DNA of 55,588 nt, the filler included, from Platydemus manokwari (Eukaryota): assembly GCA_037951405.1 (NCBI GenBank). It is 5 parts of 5 records of this genome, joined end to end, with 100 filler letters (N's around TTAATTAATTAA, not from the genome) between each part and the next. Parts side by side here need not be neighbours in the genome. Positions count along the whole stretch, not along the records: positions 43,758 to 55,588 come from JBBMOY010447778.1; 4 more parts are not named here. One strand, written 5' to 3'. The notes below the pieces were generated by a model, which was given only the letters and a program-made list of their open reading frames with translations, was not told the DNA's origin and searched no databases. The translations under genes and the position numbers were made by a program. This document shows, in pieces, positions 49,720-55,588 of this stretch (positions within the stretch are counted from its first letter, which is position 1; every line of letters starts with the position of its first letter).

Positions 49720-50766
49720 TTTGTAGGTAATAATACACTGATTACAGATGTAGAAGCACAGACAGATTTATTACAAAACTCAAAAATTTCTCGTTTGATA
49801 CTCAAAATCAGAAATTCTGGTTTTTATAGCCAAAGTTTCCTAAGTTATAATCGATTTTTACAGGAATGAATATGTTCACTGTGTACCTTATTCTAATCTA
49901 ATCTTCTCGTTTCGAAATCACCTTATACTTCATCAATTACCAGACTAAAATCTAAAAAACAGAATATAGTGATGAGACAATAATAAAACTCATCTCCATG
50001 GCATATTTTTTTCTGATCTAAATAAGGTAATATTTATCCTCTATCATATAAACGAGTTAGATATTGTTTTCTCAATATTGATACAATAAAGGCTTGTTAT
50101 TTTAGTAATGTTAAGTTCTAGGTGTTGATGATGTCTGACGTCTCAACAGTCTGAATTACTTGATATGCATATCAAATTTATTTGACTTAAATTTATCAGA
50201 ATGAATACAATCAACACAAGTGATAATTATTTATTCAATTGATTAATAGGCGACAAGTTGAGTTTCACTCAAGTTTAGTTCACACAATGCCAGTTTAAAA
50301 CAAATAAGTATGGTTCTCTTGTCGGTACGCAAGAACACATTATTCCCATTAATGATTTTACTAATATAAATTTTAATACGAGTTTATTTGAGACCCAGAA
50401 CAGTACGATACTTTTAGCCTATTAATTATCGGTGGAACATTTAAGTGCCAAATTTAGCCCATTATGAGTGGTTAGGAATGAATTTTTAGCGTTAATAATA
50501 TTCTCCCTGTCAATTATGAGTTTCGTTCCATTTATTTTCAATCGTCAAATTATTTATATTGACTACCGAGCTGTCGATTACAATTCAAAGTGTCTATGGT
50601 ACTTCTGGTTTTTATTTAAAGCTCTATGACTTCACTTATGGTTCCCTTGGCAACATGAATTATTCATTCAATTTAGTCACTTTTTACTCATGGTCTAAAA
50701 AAATTTGAATTATTGGTTTTATGTGTAATTAAATCAATAATTTCTATGTATTTATTATTCGTAAAA

Positions 50767-50797
<31 letters not shown>

Positions 50798-51130
50798 TAT
50801 TATTAATATTATTATTACTATTATTATTACTATTATTATTATCATTATTAATAATATTGTTATTATTATTTGATGCTTTTCATTGGGATTCACATTGTGT
50901 AAAATTAGAAAGAGGCAAGTTAACGATATCATCGGCAAATATTATATTTATAAATCAATAAAAACATAAATAAATTGATTTTGTTTATTTCAATCAAAAA
51001 TTGGTCACCTCAAAATGGTTATTCGTGGCCGATAAAATCTATTGATTTACTCTTATGAAAATTCGATGTCCTCATAAAGTCGGAATTTTCAGAGCTGATG
51101 TCAATAAATGATGAGAAAGACATTTGTCAA
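49720..51130 (+). pseudogene. Highly decayed cadherin-repeat-like gene remnant
   Basis: Scattered + strand fragments NTLITDVEAQTD, YGSLVGT, VNNILPV, YRAVDYNS and MSINDEK recall cadherin motifs (V.A.D.D, DxNDN.P.F). No intact frame. Confidence 0.3.
50766..50868. repeat. Imperfect (TTA)n microsatellite
   Basis: Directly visible; gives poly-Leu and poly-Ile ORFs. Confidence 0.9.
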
Positions 51131-53873
51131 TTTAAAAACAAAACCGTTTTTGAACAACCATTGTTGGAGTAAAACAAAACTGATATTTTTCAGTTAGAAC
51201 TTTGTTACAAAACTTTAATGAAATCATTTTTTGCTTTTCATCTATTTTTTCTCCCCGATTCCTCTTTTATATTAATTTATTTTCAAAATAATGTTTCCAG
51301 ACTTTTGTAGTCTAACTTTTATACACAGTCATTCATTAGCATTGACGGTTTAAATTTTAACTCAATAATTTCTTGAAGATTCTGTGACACAAGAATTATC
51401 AATCAATCGAAATGATGAATGAAACATTTTTCGATTTTTAAATATTGTTTTATGGTGTAATTATTGATAGTGGCTTTATATTGATTTTAGTATCTCACTT
51501 AACAAATAATAATTCATTGTAAATTACTGTAATCATCTTCAATTTCAACAATCTGTCTGACAATTTCAAATATCCAATTAAAATGTACAATTTTAATGAT
51601 AATTCCACAGAGGGGTTCCAAAACTGATAAAAAAAATAATGAATGAGTACCTATTAAATCACTTTGTAGTAATTTTTATATATGAAAAACTTTGATTTTA
51701 TCCGTTTGATTTTTAAACTCGAAAATGTGATTTCCAATTCCGATACACTGTTTCCTGGAGAACAGTGGAAGTTATTAATGAGATAACTTTAGTCTTGATA
51801 ATTGAACGGGGAGCTCACAAATTTTTTTTAAAAACTCGACGTAAAAAGATATTTTTGATAATATAATAATTCTGCTACATCATTACAGCATCAATGGAAT
51901 TTCCACGGGCATAAACACAAATCCCCTCAGAGATCACTGAATATACACATGTTTTACTAAAATTTATTTTTCCAGCAATATATGTGAACAGATAATTTCA
52001 TGTTTTACTACGATTAATTGCAGCATTTTTAATGTCTTGTAAAACGTGCATAAGTTTTTTATTATGAGCCATTTCGTTTCTCATTTAAATCTTATGATTT
52101 TATTTAGTTTGAATACAAGCTTATTAATAATAATAGGAAAGATATTTTATAATTATTTTCATTATAATTATACAATAAATAGTTATTATCGAAATAACAG
52201 AAAATATAATGATAAGTAACAATTATTAATATAACATTGAGACGAAATGCATCTGTAACATTGCAAATTTCGTTGAGAAACATTACTTCTTAGAGTCCAA
52301 TAAACAAACAGCAAGAATATTCAACAATTCTCTAACTTAAAATTGAAATTATTTTCGAAAATATTCTTATTTAGTTAATCAAACGCGTTGAATCATTTTG
52401 CAAAACAAATCTTGTTAGAAATTCTTTGCGATATTAATTTCCGAATCAAGATAACTAAATATTTTATTAATTGAAGAAATTCTATCGCAATTTTAAAATT
52501 CATTTCTACTTCAATGCCACTGTGAGCATATTTGCCACATGGTTTCATTTGAATCCAATTTTATTTTTAAATCTTAAAGTAGCTCGTTATTGTTTTAATA
52601 AATTTATTAAACACCATAATATTCAAAATTTATTTAAACTGATATGCTTAAGTTAAATAAAGGGTCCTAAAATAAAAATTTTAATTTGTTGAGCGCATTG
52701 CAAAAATCTATACAGTTTATTTAATTAAATTCTTTAAAACATTTTGAAATTTTTTATTTTTGAAGTTTCGGAATTCAAATAGGGGCTTGATTCGACAATT
52801 CGGCCTTGTCCCTTTTCGATATTCTAAATAATGACCTCTATACGCAAAACTAACAATCACTAAATGTGATAATATTTTTATAAAATCAAACTAAGAATTT
52901 AAATCTCTTTATTTAGGTACAGAATTTGTAGATTCCACGTCTATGAAGAAAAAGGAAAAATAATGGTAGGACTAAATATCGTGGTAAAAAATGATGAAGT
53001 CTATTTTTAGGAGCCCAAATATAATAGAGGACATCGAAAACATGGTATTTGAGCTATTGAAAGATTGGAGAGATATAGTAGGAAAGAGTTGTCTCTTATT
53101 TCTAGTTCGCAATCTAAGCACATCGACTCTAGAAGCAATAAATACAAGTTAAATAGATATTTTATATTTAAAATTGATATTTTTATTTAATTGCATTTTT
53201 GGAAAAACCATGATTCATAACATATAAAGATTATAAGAAATGTTTTTTCCTTTTTCATCTAAAATTGAATTTTAAGCAAAAATTTCATTAAATTATGACT
53301 AAAAATAAATTTTAATATTAAATTATGCACGAAAATACATTACATTAAAATTGGGTCGAAGAACCCTTTTTCTTAACTTAAGCCCACTAATAAATTTATT
53401 AATATTTTCTTAAAGTAGATAATGTTTGCATTAGATAGACTCTATTGTTGTACTTATGATGTTTCATTATTTAATTTTCCTCAATCTTTAAAATATAAGT
53501 TTGATTATAAATTTTTCGAAATTGATGATAAATCACTGATGAGATAAATAAATGTGAGATTATTAGTATCCACCAGATTTCTGAATTTTCATCCCACTTT
53601 TCATTTTCGTATCGCACTTATGTATTTTACAATTTAATAAATTGTATATGAAGTTCTCTTGCTTTTAATTCTTGGAGATTGGGATATGCCAACATTTCAA
53701 ACGTTCAAAGACCAGGAAACGATTTGAAAGTTGTTAAATCGATAAAATCGTCCAAAAAAAAGTTGGATAAAATTGTAAAGTAAAATAACACCTAATAAGC
53801 GGTATCAAATATTGATCAATGCCATTAATTTGAAAAAGAAGACTAAATATTTGCTCGAATTCCAAACTTATGT

Positions 53874-53874
<1 letters not shown>

Positions 53875-53932
<58 letters not shown>
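53875..53932. repeat. (TAA)n microsatellite
   Basis: Pure run; gives the poly-Tyr ORF. Confidence 0.92.
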
Positions 53933-53933
<1 letters not shown>

Positions 53934-55588
53934 CATGTATAAAAAAATCAAAAATAATTAATGAGTATAACGAGTATATTATTACGAAATAATGATTATC
54001 TATCAACAACAAAGATATAGAAATATGTGCTGTGTACAAATTATTACATATCAAAATTTATCTTTATTTTGTAAAAATAATATTCACGTGACATGGTATA
54101 AATAATGTAAAAATTGGCCGATTCGTAAATTTTTAAAAACAATTACATTGTACTGAAGAATTTTTTATAAATTATAATTAAATCTTAAAAAATTTCTTTC
54201 GACAACTAACCCCAAATTATATTCCTATTCAAAATAATAATTATTATTTATAATTATATTTATTATTAAATATTCCTATTATTTTTAAATAAATTCTATT
54301 CGTATTATCCAAAAATAATATTTCGATTGATCTATTATTAAAGACAGTAATATTTAATAAATAATTAACGTTTACATTAATTATTATGGATGGAATTTAC
54401 AATCTTATAACAAATGACCATTATTGTTATAAACCACTAGAAATTTACAAGTCAATTCGTTTGATAAATGTATAGATGATTGTCACATTGAAATCGAACA
54501 TTCCACAGACAAGTTCATAGTTGACAATAATAAGATAAAGGTTCTGAAACAGGGTTGATAAACAACATTTCAATATGTAGCAAATCTTATATTGATGTGC
54601 ATTTTATCAGATAAAATTTAATTGTATAATGTACTTGTTAAATTGATAGCAAAAATGGTTTGAATAATTTGCATAGTCACTGTATTTATAAAAATTACAT
54701 AATAAATTGATAATGCGATACGCAAAATTAATTATTTTAATTCAAAATCAATTTTTAAGATAATAACTGACACTATTAAAAAAAATATGTTGATTTTAGT
54801 AAAATAAATCTAAAGTCAAAAATCAGTGATATTTTAAAAATATAATGCCCCACATTGTTTGATTCCATTTCAATTTATAACTCACGGAAATTAAAAAGCA
54901 GAAAATTGTTTAGATTTCCAAATACTTATGATACAAATTCAATTTCAATTGGCCAATATTTGAAAGTCATATGTTTTTCTTATCCAATAACCGTCACGAA
55001 AGGAGGAGAAAGAATTATGAATTATGCATCAGTGAAAATTTCTTAGCAACAGTGATTGAATACTTAATTAAATTTTAATTAAATCGGTTATAATTTTATT
55101 GAATCATATATTCTCCAATCAATTAACGAAAATGTTTCTGACATCAATTCATATGATAACTCCCATTAATAAAATCAATGTTCACATTATTGATCTTTCC
55201 AATGAAAATTGAAACTGGATTGGCTAGTAATTAGTTAAAAATTGACGATTTGGGACGAAAATAACGTGAGTTAAATAAAAGCAACAATGCGAAAATATGA
55301 TTTTGATGTATTGATTAAAATATATGAGACAGTCAAGGTCATATAAAAATATGATTATTTGTGTTGTGCGATTCTCCTTCAAAGGATATATTTAGGCTCA
55401 GTGTATCAAAAACTGAAATAAAATTCATAGAACCTTAATAATAATATAATTAATATTTATTAATTATTAAGAATAATTAAAAGAATATTGTATATAATAA
55501 ATCTATAAATGATAGTACTGAGCTTTCTATCTAGATCTCATCTGGTGATTCTGAAATATAAGTTTTGAAAAACCCAAATTATTTTTGG

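Noticed and set aside
52780-52820. GGGGCTTGATTCGAC resembling a tmRNA/tRNA 5' end
   Set aside because: No cloverleaf, T-arm or matching 3' end, and the context is eukaryotic.
50713-54054. Poly-Leu, poly-Ile and poly-Tyr ORFs
   Set aside because: Translations of (TTA)/(TAA) microsatellites.

Overview
Very AT-rich eukaryotic (metazoan-type) genomic DNA with short (~45-65 nt) GT-AG introns. It is not prokaryotic, and I see no CRISPR array, tRNA or rRNA. The window is an artificial concatenation of five contigs (1-12040, 12141-21022, 21123-30107, 30208-43657, 43758-55588) joined by 100-nt N44-TTAATTAATTAA-N44 linkers, so adjacency across gaps carries no meaning. Three genes are recognisable: an intronless DNAJB6/MRJ-like co-chaperone (3558-4379 +); a multi-exon nucleoporin NUP188 (~22890-29868 +, 3' end lost in the gap); and the 3' part of the phosphorylase kinase alpha subunit (37473 to at least 41781 -, ending in the CAAX box CQVQ). 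The rest holds small DNA transposons with recognisable termini (two hAT/Buster, two complete deleted Tc1/mariner elements, three mariner ends), putative solo LTRs, remnants of an RLE non-LTR element and of a MULE transposase, minisatellites, and apparently decayed C-type lectin, cadherin and EGF-like coding fragments. The most unusual observations are: (i) a GC-elevated domain in the 3' part of NUP188 saturated with the palindrome ATCGAT in exons, introns and an intronic tandem array; (ii) candidate mutually exclusive micro-exons in the PHKA phosphorylation loop; (iii) a GC-rich island at 43.94-44.07 kb with two alternative folds; (iv) an identical mariner end at two contig breaks. I found no clear-cut novel multi-gene system. 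Family assignments come from recalled motifs, not database searches. The compact-intron, AT-rich style suggests a reduced invertebrate genome such as an orthonectid, but that is inference only.
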